Source: Eledone cirrhosa (Eukaryota). Taken from it: DNA of 64,000 nucleotides. Of the stretch, positions 1 to 10,469 are shown one piece after another; the stretch's first letter is position 1, and each line of letters begins with the position of its first letter. Location of the stretch: the NCBI GenBank assembly GCA_964016885.1, contig OZ024751.1, positions 34,968,001 to 35,032,000 on the forward strand. Direction: 5' to 3'. A program made the translations under genes and the position numbers. The notes beneath the pieces were generated by a model. That model ran no database searches and was not told the DNA's origin. It saw nothing but the letters and a program-made list of their open reading frames with translations.

Positions 1-301
1 TTACATTATTAAATCTTATTCTTATTTTGTTTCTTGTAAATAATTTTTTCCAAATATCAATTCAAAACTTTTGTGAATAGGCATCATATCTTGTCATTTA
101 CCTATGGTTTAAATTTCATATAAATTGAAGGGAAAAAATTTACAACATGAATTTGTGCCCCCGGGGAACCCTTTGATTAAAATGAAATATACTTATTCAA
201 GTACCCTGGGCAATGTAGTTTCAGAATATATATGGTTATGGGGGTCTATCTCCCAAACTATAGGAGTTCGTGAACAGACAAACAGACAGGAACTACAACT
301 T

Positions 302-571
302 TCATCATCATCATCATCACCGTTTTACGTCCGTTCTTCCACGCTAGCATGGGTTAGACGGGTTGTCCTGTTGTGGGCAGTGTCTGGTCGACTGACCATG
401 CCTTGCTCATACAGGAACTGATTTGGCTTGATTTCTACAGCTGGATGCCCTTCCTAACACCAACCTCATTTACAGTGAGTGCTGGGTGCTTTTTCGTGGC
501 GCCTACACGTCCACTTTACAGTGCGGGCTGGGTGCTTTTTTGCCGTGGCACCTCCACGACCACCTTGCGGT
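302..571 (-). mobile_element. RTE-LINE 3' UTR / RTE-tailed SINE-like fragment
   Basis: (CAT)n run followed by TTTCTACAGCTGGATGCCCTTCCTAACACCAACC, the reverse complement of the 3' UTR core and (GAT)n tail of the RTE LINE at ~40660-40811. Confidence 0.8.
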
Positions 572-789
572 GGGGGGGGGGGGGGGGGGGGGGCATATTG
601 TCTATATGCTTCAGCTTGTACCCATGGGAGGTCGGGTACTCTGTATTACTGCGTGACGCCAGAAGTCACGGTCGTGTGTCATTGCCTTTATATATATATC
701 TAGGGCGGGTAAAATTTCCGAGATATATTTATATATATAATTGTTTATCTACATGAACAGGAGTGACATGTGCAGCCGGGTTGGTAGTG

Positions 790-1038
790 GTATCTTGACT
801 GGCAGGTGTAAAATCTGTCAGCTGAAATTTGCAGACGACATGGTGTTACTTAACTCAACAAATGATGTTCTTTAACTTGCACTCAATAGGTTTCATGCCA
901 AGTGATGCATGGCTGGAATGAAAATCAGTGTTGCGAAAACTGAGACACTTGTCCTCTCAAGGAAGCTTGCGCAGTGCACTCTACATGTGAATGGAGTTCC
1001 ACCGAAGCAAGTAGTGGGCTGTGTTCATGAGTGATGGG
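790..1038 (+). pseudogene. Decayed RTE-clade reverse transcriptase fragment
   Basis: Manual translation KICQLKFADDMVLL..L*LALNRF..*..AGMKISVAKTETLVLSRK: FADD and GMKIS.KT motifs with in-frame stops. Confidence 0.75.
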
Positions 1039-1118
1039 CGAAGAAGAATATATAATTGTGTTTTATGAAGCATATTTATCATATCTTCCTCAACACTCTA
1101 TCTCATTTCTCTTTTCAG

Positions 1119-2911
1119 CTTCCAGAATTAAAACCAAGAAAGACAACTCTGTCCTTGATGAACATTTGCCTCTTAAAGAGAGAATAAAGGACACTTACAT
1201 GCCAACTGAAAATCATAAACCAAATAAGGAAATATCAAAACAATTACCATCACTTACCAATTCCATTGCCAATGAAACAGAAACTGATTCTGAAACCACA
1301 AAACCAGTGGAACTATGCTCCAAAAGCAGTGACCGAATCCTAAGTTTTACAAGTCTATTGACATATTCATCTGATCAACAGACCAATTCCAAGAGTGACA
1401 GAACCACCTCTAGCAATAGATTAATTTGTAATTTAAAAAGAAATTTTTGTCTGGAAATTGACTCTTCTAATGATGAAGACTCTGATGATAGTCTCTATCT
1501 TCCCGTTTCTCACAAACTATTTAACCGTTACCAAATTGATAACGAGTCTGAAAATGAAGACAGCTTTAATTCTGATGATAAGGATCATTTCTTAAATTTG
1601 TCTCAAGCTCCATGTGATGACAACAGCAATAAACCGAATCAGTCCAAACAATTAGAAGCACTGAATGCAAAGAAAAAATTTTCTGGAAATCTCTCATATA
1701 TGCCTACAGATCATTCTGGTAATTGTCAACTGTTATCCAAAACAGATGAAATAACTGAAGAATTCTCCATGTTGAATGTAAATGATGTAGCAGATAGCAT
1801 GTCGTCTGTAATGGTTGCTCCTCACCTCTCTATTGATACTGAAGAAAGTTCACTTAGTGCTGATGCTGTACTGAGATCATTCAGTACAGTTCCTCCACAG
1901 TTGTGTACTGATGTTGTGGAGGGGTCATTCAGTACAGTTCCTACACAGTTGTGTACTGATGTTGTGGAGGAGTCATTCAGTACAGTTTCTACACAGTTGT
2001 GTACTGATGTTGTTTGTCAATCACCATCAACAGATACCACTGCTCCTCTATATAGAGATGTTATCAAAAGCTTTTCTCAGACTGATGCTGCCCATCTTTG
2101 CCCCAGTACACTCAAGGTTACATCAGAGTTTTATATACCAAAGATCTCCAAAGAGGCTTCACTTATACCTGAATTTTCCAACTTAAACAGAGATCTGAAA
2201 GAAGACTCCATACCTTATTCATCATTTGAAGACCATTCTTCAATTATGGATGCTGCATGTAATTTAACACCTGATTCTCTGAATTCTTTCTGTGAAAGTA
2301 GAATAGGAAATTTCCAACTTATTTCATCTCTCTTAGATGATTCTTCTGAATTTAAGTTGAACTTTGACTCATGTAAAACTGGAAAAGTTTTTCCAGAAGA
2401 TTTAAACACTGGATTAAATAAACTTATTTTAAAATCTGTTGATTTAGATGAGAAGAATACCAAATTTCTGTCTCATTATAAAGAAAATATAAGGTCATCA
2501 TCTTGTAAAAATAATTATAACTGCCCAAACCAAGCTCCACTTCAGCAAGGGGATTTTCGAATATTTGAAGAAAATAGTTACCTTTCTTACATTCATGACT
2601 CTTTCTCACAACAAACAGACACTAAATCTGTAATCCCAAAATTAATTATTAAAAAAAATCCCATAAAATCCCATTGGGATTATGTAAATCTTTCTCTTAA
2701 CCCTCTAGATAATTCCAATAACTCTTTCAATGATACATTTGATGATTACAAGGGTAGTTTTAGGATGAAAGCAGAAGTTGACTTCAAGGACAATTGTAAT
2801 GTAGATGACGCCGAACTGGGATTGAAACCAAATCTTGAATCTCCACTTCCTCTTCTAATGAGGCTGGGAAAACATTTCAGTGGAGAATATATAAAGAACT
2901 TGAAGAAATGA
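1119..2911 (+). CDS. Large terminal coding exon, Ser/Asp/Asn-rich disordered tail; probable GEN1 Holliday-junction resolvase C-terminus
   Basis: ~1.8-kb stop-free frame in AT-rich DNA. Acceptor TCTCATTTCTCTTTTCAG ends at 1118. C-terminal ESPLPLLMRL resembles, from memory, the vertebrate GEN1 tail (SPLPLRQRL). Coding status is fairly secure; the identity is tentative. Confidence 0.6.
1877..2020 (+). repeat. In-frame coding tandem repeat, 48 bp x3 (SFSTVPxQLCTDVVxx)
   Basis: TCATTCAGTACAGTT recurs at 1877, 1925 and 1973; two degenerate units follow. Confidence 0.9.
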
Positions 2912-3123
2912 TATTTCTTGCTACAACCACTATGATCACTCTGATATGAAGTTGCCACCACCATCACCTCTGTAACAAAGGTAAAAACACTGTGTGTATA
3001 AGCCTGGTTGAGTGGTTAAGAAGTTCATTATGGATCTGTGTGACTTAAGGTTTAATAGAACTGCAGTTCATCTTTGATGAATTGTCTACCACCATAGTTA
3101 CTTGTCAAAACATTGATTTTGTT

Positions 3124-3262
3124 CACCACATGGTGCTGGATGACAGGCGACAGACTATAAACCGAATAGCCAAAGCTAAAAGGGTCACGCCATCAATGGA
3201 GAGGACTATACCAACTTGCTGAGAAAGTTACAAAAGGCTATGAAACCAAACTGCATTAACTC
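3124..3262 (+). pseudogene. mariner/Tc1 transposase remnants
   Basis: Two joined peptides, HHMVLDDRRQTINRIA and KGHAINGEDYTNLLRKLQKAMK, match mariner DRRxT..IA and KG.TIN..YY..LL motifs. Confidence 0.6.
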
Positions 3263-3405
3263 ACAAAGATCCAAAGAGAGACCCAAGAAGGAAGTACCTA
3301 CATACATACATACACTCAGGTGTACCCATATATATATGTGTGTGTGTATATCTATGTATATATGTATGAAAATATTGAGAGAAGGCTCATGTATATGTGT
3401 GTGTG

Positions 3406-3436
<31 letters not shown>

Positions 3437-3823
3437 ATGTTTTTCTGTACCTGGAGGTGACAGGGTAACAAACAAGGTGGCAGATATGAAAAGGATAGAA
3501 AAAACATGAAATAAAGGGAGTTTCTGGATTAAATAGGGAGATGGGGTGGGAGAGAGCATACCTTTTGGTTTGGCACCACTGGGTGGGGCCTCTTTGGGTC
3601 TTCTTAGCTCCAAGGAAGTATTTCTCAATACCCTTCAATACATTGTTGTTGCGTAGCAGGGCCTAGTCCTTCATTACTGTTAATAATTTAGCGTTAAAAT
3701 GCTTGAAAAAGTATATATTGTAAATATATTTACGCTTCCGCGAATATACGGTGGTTTCTGCGAACAATTATTAGGTTCTAAGGAAAGTTCCGTGAATGTC
3801 GGGGTACACTGTATATATATCAA

Positions 3824-3947
3824 GTTTAATATAGAAATGACTTCTACAGTACTAGAAATGTTTCATTCGAAAGAAATCGTCAGGAAAGCCTTGATATCTT
3901 TTGAATGAAACAGTTCTAGTTCTGTAGAAGCTATTTCTATATTGAAC
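3824..3947. repeat. Imperfect inverted repeat (~55-bp arms), MITE-like
   Basis: GTTTAATATAGAAATGACTTCTACAGTACTAGAAATGTTTCATTCGAAAGAAATC pairs with GATATCTTTTGAATGAAACAGTTCTAGTTCTGTAGAAGCTATTTCTATATTGAAC. Confidence 0.8.
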
Positions 3948-4738
3948 ACGATGTTTACACTCTACTAATGTATTGAGTACCTTACTAACTATGGTTACCT
4001 CTGATTGAACCTGAGACATATATAAATAGAGGGAGAGACACTGGATCAGACCTGATGTAAATCAGGTATATATTTCATCACTTCTCTCTTTAAACCATGG
4101 TGTTAAAAATATAAGGTGTGAGTGCCTGTCTTTATATACACAGTCAGTATAAATGGAAGTGGTAGCCGCAGTAGAGCAGATATATATTTCTCATTTGCTA
4201 TCACAACAGTAAAAGCTTAACTGAAGGGAAGAACATCTTTTATATATACATATAAATTTCCGTCTAACCCATGCTAGCATGGAAGAACGGACATAAAACG
4301 GTGATGATGATATATATATATATATATTCATTAAAAACATTTTTGCGGAATTAAAATTCTAAAGAAAGTTTCCAATCCAGCCTTTTCTTGTTTTTAATGA
4401 ATATTTAACTCTGTTCCTGCCCCAACCATGGGGCACCACATCTATGATGAATTACATAACGTCGAGTGCTTGAATTCGATCATTTACTAACTAGAATCAC
4501 CAATCCTACTGGTAAACAACCTAACATAACTGGTATATATAGATATATATATACCGTAAATATTTACCATAAATATATACAATAAATGGTATATATATTA
4601 TATATGTGTATGTGTGTATATATATATACATATATATATATACCATATTTTTGTTCATTGTATATATGTGTTTATGTATCTCTATCTCTCTATATATATA
4701 ATAAATTATACAATTATCAAAGTTGTGTTCAAATCATT

Positions 4739-4792
4739 TAATAGCTGATAATCGTTTCTTCTAAACTCATGTTTGGAATCATCGGAGCATTA
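4739..4792 (-). ncRNA. Degenerate minimal type I hammerhead ribozyme (Penelope/retrozyme type)
   Basis: Minus strand: TAATGCT-CCGATGA-TTCCAAAC ATGA GTTTAGAA-GAAA-CGATTATC-AGCTATTA. Stem I, core, stem II and GAAA are in the correct order; stem III is damaged. Confidence 0.6.
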
Positions 4793-6206
4793 TCAATGTT
4801 TGCACATATAATTAACCTCCTATTCAACTGAACAATAATATAGATACATATAAATTGTGAGCAACAGTTTCGTATTTACAGGGTGGAATGGATGTGACAT
4901 ATATTTTACGAGAATTGTACAATAATTGTACAAACATTCAAGTTCAAATTAAATTATATATGCACATATATATACAGATACACACACATATATATATGTA
5001 TGTATCACTGTCTTTGCATGTACATCAAATTATCTTTTTCACGTGTCCCTGTTGAGATAAAATGTCTTAGACATTTCTGTACATGTTAATTTCATGACTA
5101 CCCTTCATTTTGTTTATATTTAAATAAAGGAGACAAGCTGGTGTTTTACATTTACTATTATTATAAAGTACCAGTAATGCACTGGGTAATTGCTGGCCTT
5201 GTGCCTAAATATTTAAAGTCGAAATGGTTTATAAAGGACAAAATTCTTTAATTTGAAGGATATTAGATTATATACAATTGCTTCTAAAGGAGTAGAACTC
5301 TTCAATTCTAAGGAAATAGATTATATGCAATATTTAATACAGAACTGGCTTCTATAGGACTAGAATATCATGACTCGTACAATATTCACTTCCCTGACAT
5401 TTGTACATTATTCTATGTACTATACATGCACCTTTGATGAGTTGTAGTGCACCTGAGCACTGTACACAATTTCATTATTATTATTATTATAGAACTCTTG
5501 AATGCAAAAGAAATAGTAGTGTATATGCTGTATTTAATACAGAAATTGCTTCTAAATTGCCATATGATGCTTATGTTTGCCAGGGGGAGATAATTACATG
5601 ATTGGGTGTATGACACACGTGCGCACACCCACATGCCGAAATCAGACGAACGGCGGTAAATTTGATTTTCAGTGAAAGTTTGCTAAGCGTCAACAATTGT
5701 TTACTAAGTTGTGTTTCATTGTTTGAACAAACGGACCGTATTCTTTCTTCTTACTCTCCTTTCTCCTCCATGGAAGCAAATAAGACATTTATTTTACAAG
5801 AGAGTCACTTCAGAAAATTACGTTATCAATATTGATACAACGCATAATAGTGATAACCATTTCAATGCAACAACAATAATATTAATGATATAAGGAAAAA
5901 TAGTTCAGAGGAAATTTAACAGAAGAAATGAATTAAGAGAGGAAACTAGAATTTCTCACAATGAAGCAAGACGAAGACGAAGGTATGCTAAAATGCGTAG
6001 TTCTGTTAAATATTTAATTGGTTTTATTTACAGGTGTTTAAATAACATTACAAATTGTTCACATTTCTTTCAGAATGAAAATAAAAACACATATAATACA
6101 ATGTGTATAAAAATATCTCTATTTGATTTCTAGCTTTGAAAAACTCTCACAATTTATTTATGAAAATGCAAAAGAAGGATTCAGCGAGGAGTACTGGGCA
6201 ATCTCT

Positions 6207-6317
6207 CTAATGATTTTTGAGGCAAGCCAGCACATTGGCAGTGTTACCTCGGGTGATGGCGAGGCTTAGGTGCTGGAACAACCATGCGCCCTCGCCAGAT
6301 TCGCCAGTTACCTCTGT
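6207..6317 (-). pseudogene. C-terminus of a second CRE-clade RLE retrotransposon family
   Basis: Manual translation TEVTGESGEGAWLFQHLSLAITRGNTANVLACLKNH* aligns with CEPRELEWLFQRVSLAVLRGNAFSIL of the arrayed CRE element. Confidence 0.75.
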
Positions 6318-6580
6318 TTATTTGCGAATTTACTGGGGTGTAGCGACTCTATCCACTCTCACCTTCCTTCTGAAATGGTACTTAAAGAAGGGGATGAGTT
6401 TTTGTCCGGAGAGAAAGGTGTTTGCCCTGATAGATAGATAGATAGATAGGTAGGTAGGTATATAGATATCTTTCTTTATTTGCCACAGCTCCTTTATCTT
6501 ACCTGTACAAACCATTTGTTGGCCGGCGACATATCCCCACAGTTTCCTCGTTCTTTCATACTTATCCTCTTCAACTACAC

Positions 6581-6716
6581 ATGGATATTTGTCTTACAGT
6601 GGAGAAGGAATTAGAAACAGTTTTATCAAAATTCACTGCTATTCGGGAACATACAAAGCGAACTTTGGGTGACATACCAACTTCTGTTGATAATATAAGG
6701 AAAGAAATCAGTGAAG
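6581..6716 (+). CDS. RMND5: First coding exon of E3 ubiquitin ligase RMND5 (GID2, CTLH complex)
   Basis: MDICLTVEKELETVLSKF matches the RMND5A N-terminus MDQCVTVERELEKVLHKF. Donor GAAG|GTATTT at 6716/6717 (phase 1). No further exon recognised in the window. Confidence 0.8.
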
Positions 6717-7150
6717 GTATTTATTACATTTTGATTGCATTTTTATTACAACCACTAATACTTACAATTATACCGAGGGGTCCTGCCCGTTCGGGAAAGG
6801 CTCTACAGACACGCATTTAATCATCATCATTTTAAGTCCGCTTTTTCCCTGCTTCCAAGGGTGGGACGGGAACTGATTCTGGCTAGATTTCTACTGCTGG
6901 ATGCCCTTCCTAACACCAACCTCATTTACAGTGAGTGCTGAGTGCTTTTTTGACGTGGCACCTCCACAACCACTTTGCAGTGGAATGATATGGACCCCAG
7001 TCCCTATCATCTCATTTCTACAGCTGAGTAAACTGGAGCAATGTGAAATAAAGTGTCTTGCTCAAGGAAACAACACATTACCCGGTCTGAGAATTGAACT
7101 CACAACCTTTCGATTGCCAGGCCAATGCTCTAACCACTAAGCCATGTGCC

Positions 7151-7567
7151 TACATATACATACACATACATATACATACATACATATATATACATATATA
7201 TATATATACATATACATACACATATATATATACATATACATACATACATATATATACATATACATACATACACATATACATACATACACATACATACATA
7301 TACATACATACACATACATACATATATATATACATATACATACATACACATAAGTATATATACATATACACAAGTATATATACATATACACAAGTATATA
7401 TACATATACATACATATATATACATATACATACATACATATATACATACATATACACATATATACATATACATACATACACACACATACACACATACATA
7501 CATACACACACATACACATACATATATACATATACACATACATACATACATATATATATATATATAT
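7151..7567. repeat. Compound (CATA/TA/CA)n microsatellite, one per intact monomer
   Basis: Read directly. Other copies at about 13650-14176, 19623-20124, 25547-26048, 31472-31977, 47217-47715 and 53159-53598. Confidence 0.95.
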
Positions 7568-7570
7568 GGC

Positions 7571-8208
7571 ATAGGTTAATTATAACGTTCGCGAAACTGA
7601 AAGTGGATTTTCTGACAAGTGAATGTGTTTGTTTTGTTTTTTTTACAGTGAAATTTACGATACACTCTTTGGTTATTTACAACAGGTCTCTATAGTGATA
7701 TGGTGTTAATTAGTATTGCGTGTGTGAATATTTTCTCTTATATATATATGTGTGGGTGTGTATATGTGTGTCTGTATGTATATATATATGTGTGTTTGTA
7801 TATATATATGTGTTTGTGTCATCATCATCGTTTAGATGTTTTTACCCAAATCCCTTATCATTCTCTGTCCTTCTTATGACCGGGCCTTAATTTGTTTATA
7901 GTTGGTACCAACTTTGGCAAGATATTACAAAAACATCTAAACGATGATGATGACACGAACACATATATATATATATATACAAACACACACATACAGACAC
8001 ACATATATATACACACTTATACACACCCACACATGTATATATGAGAAAATAATCACACACGCAATACTAATTAACACCATATCACTATAGAGACCTGTTG
8101 TAAATAAACAAAGATTGTATCGTAAATTTCATTGTAAAAAAAAAAAAAAAACACATTCACTTGTCAGAAAATCCACTTTCAGTTTCGCGAACGTTATAAT
8201 TAACCTAT
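7571..8208. mobile_element. Foldback/MITE-like long inverted repeat (~275-bp arms, 85-bp spacer)
   Basis: Arm 7571-7843 (ATAGGTTAATTATAACGTTCGCGAAAC...AGATGTTTTT) is the reverse complement of 7929-8208. It lies inside the CATA run of the first monomer only. Confidence 0.9.
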
Positions 8209-8316
8209 ACACATATATACATATACACTCATATATACATATACATACATACACACATACATACACACACACATAAATACACACACACACATACATACAC
8301 ACACACATACATACAT

Positions 8317-8361
<45 letters not shown>

Positions 8362-9374
8362 CATAAAGACAAATTCACCTCAAATTCACCCGCAATCCAA
8401 AACTTCAGAGTTGGTACCATGAATGTAGGCACCTTCAAGGGTCGCTCTAACGAGGTTGTAGAAATGCTTGAACGTAAGGAGGTCGATGTTTGTTGTATTC
8501 AAGAGACCAGGTGGAGGGGTGGGTCTGCTAGATTCATCGTGGGTAAAGAACGAGGCTATAAGCTTTTCTGGTTGGGAAATGACAATGGGCTGGGTATACA
8601 CATACCACCCCACCACCCCACCGCAAAGTGGTCGCGGAGGCACCACGGCAAAAAAGCACCCAGCCCACACTGTAAAGCTGACGTGGAGGTGCCACGGAAA
8701 AAAAAAAGCACCCAGCACTCACTGCAAACGGGGTTGGCGTCAGGAAGGGCACCCAGCTGTAGAAACCAATCCAGAATCAGCTCCCACCCCACCCTTGCAA
8801 GCATGGAAAAGCGGACGTATGATGAAGTTGATATATATATATATATATATATTAGTATATATATACACATATATATATACACACATATATATCAGTGTAC
8901 ATATATATATACATATATATATATATAAATGAATATTTATTCAATTTAAAGCGCCAATTATCTATATATAACAAGATATGAATTTTTCTAGGGATGGGGG
9001 AAATTTTCAGTTTGTTTTTATATTTTCACTTCATTTTTTACTTTCTATTTAATACAGTCTTTGATCCAATATAATCCTGACAGTATTTGAACCAGTTTAC
9101 CTCATATATATGTATGCACACACAACACTCAAGTTTCGCCATCTACTGCTATTTCATTCATATTTATTGTTTAATTAACTCTGGTCTAATTCATCAACTA
9201 TTGTTAATTATATTATTACGTAGATTTCTTATAAAATCTAGTGCATATATACGTGTATATATATACAGGGAGACACTGTAATAGATGTAAAGAGAGTGGG
9301 AGATAGAGTTATAGAAGTAAAGAGAGGGGGAGAAATAAGCGGTAGATAGAGTAATAGATGTAAAGAGAGGGTTA

Positions 9375-9551
9375 GAACGTTCAACTTGGCAGTCAGTACA
9401 ATGTTCAGCATGGTAGCCAGTACATATGCCAACTACCCAACCGGCCAGCCAGCCGCATATGCGGTTGACTGGCCAGTTGGGCGGTTGCTATGTGGAACGT
9501 TCAACTACGCAGTCAGTACCAAAGTTCAACATTGTAGCCAGTGCATATGCC
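9375..9551. other. Direct repeat - hairpin - direct repeat module, one per monomer
   Basis: 56/57-bp repeats GAACGTTCAACT...CATATGCC at 9375 and 9495 flank a palindrome centred on GCAT|ATGC (9458/9459). Confidence 0.9.
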
Positions 9552-9597
9552 GATCGCCGCGCCCTCTTTGCTCTATTTTAATGACCTGGAACTAAGT

Positions 9598-9710
9598 AAA
9601 AAGAGTAGGAGATAACTCGACAAGAGCGGAGAGGGTGAGATTCGAACCATGTAAAGTCGTTGGCTCCTGAAGTTCGTAAGCGGGGCTGCTACTGACTAAG
9701 CAACGCCGGC
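9598..9710 (-). ncRNA. Candidate tRNA-like Pol III small RNA, copy 1
   Basis: Minus strand: GCCGGCGTTGCTTAGTCAGTAGCAGC (A-box-like), then GGTTCGAATC (B box), then TTTTT. TATAAG lies ~34 nt upstream. No intact cloverleaf. Confidence 0.5.
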
Positions 9711-10469
9711 AGCAAGGCAGATCGCGCATAAAATAACGCTTATATCTACAAAAAAAAAAAAAAAAAAAAAAAATTTCAATGTTGCACTCTTGTTTGTTGT
9801 TCTTTTATTTTACGTAAACATTTCGCTGCTCTAGCCTCTTATTTCCTATTAGATTACACTTAATTCCATTAAACATTCATTCTTAGTCTCGTGGTAAACT
9901 ATTTCATCTATATTTATATCGCTGTTACAGCCTTTTATTTCTACATCTATCACCTATAGCCACTGTTACGCCGGTAGTATAAGTAGCTTTATAACAAGAA
10001 ACGATGATATAACTCCACAAAATGTCTTCTTCAGCAAGACACTTCACTTCATATTGCTCCAGTACACCGAGTTACACATAGACAGATACATACATACATA
10101 CATACATACATACACAGATAGAAATGAGAGGTAGATAGAGTAAAAGATTTAAAGAGAGTGTGAGAAGTACGAGTTAGATAGTGTAAAAGATTTAAAGAGA
10201 GGGTGAGAGTGTGACACACATTTATCTGTCTATCTCTCTCTATTTTAACACCGGTCGTTATAATTAGTTTTATAACACCGCTATATTACCGACATGAAAG
10301 AGGTAAATAATTATTTCTTAAATGTTTAGAACATGTTTCTTATGTATATTCTTAACATAGCTACGACCTTATCTCATTTACTGGTCTCTACTTTTAGGAC
10401 TTTGCTGGTCCCATGTGCCCTCCACCAAGACACACTCGTCCCTGTACTAATTACTACACATACGTATAT

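Noticed and set aside
572-593. Poly-G run / G-quadruplex
   Set aside because: Homopolymer at the edge of a TE fragment; its length is unreliable and nothing suggests function.
5581-6110. Possible DNA transposon end with exon/intron-like GTATGC..TTTCAG
   Set aside because: No interpretable protein motif or matching terminal repeat found.
7094-7579. Long Y/I/H/T- and M/Y/V/C-rich ORFs here and in every monomer
   Set aside because: Translations of (CATA/TA/CA)n microsatellites, which rarely contain stop codons.
9375-9551. CRISPR-like repeat-spacer unit
   Set aside because: Only two 56-bp repeats, the same spacer in all monomers, eukaryotic context and no cas genes.
9598-9710. Functional tRNA-Val(TAC) or tRNA-Ser
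   Set aside because: The CTTACGA loop has no pairing stem, and 5' GCCGGCG cannot pair with 3' CCTCTCC; kept only as tRNA-like.
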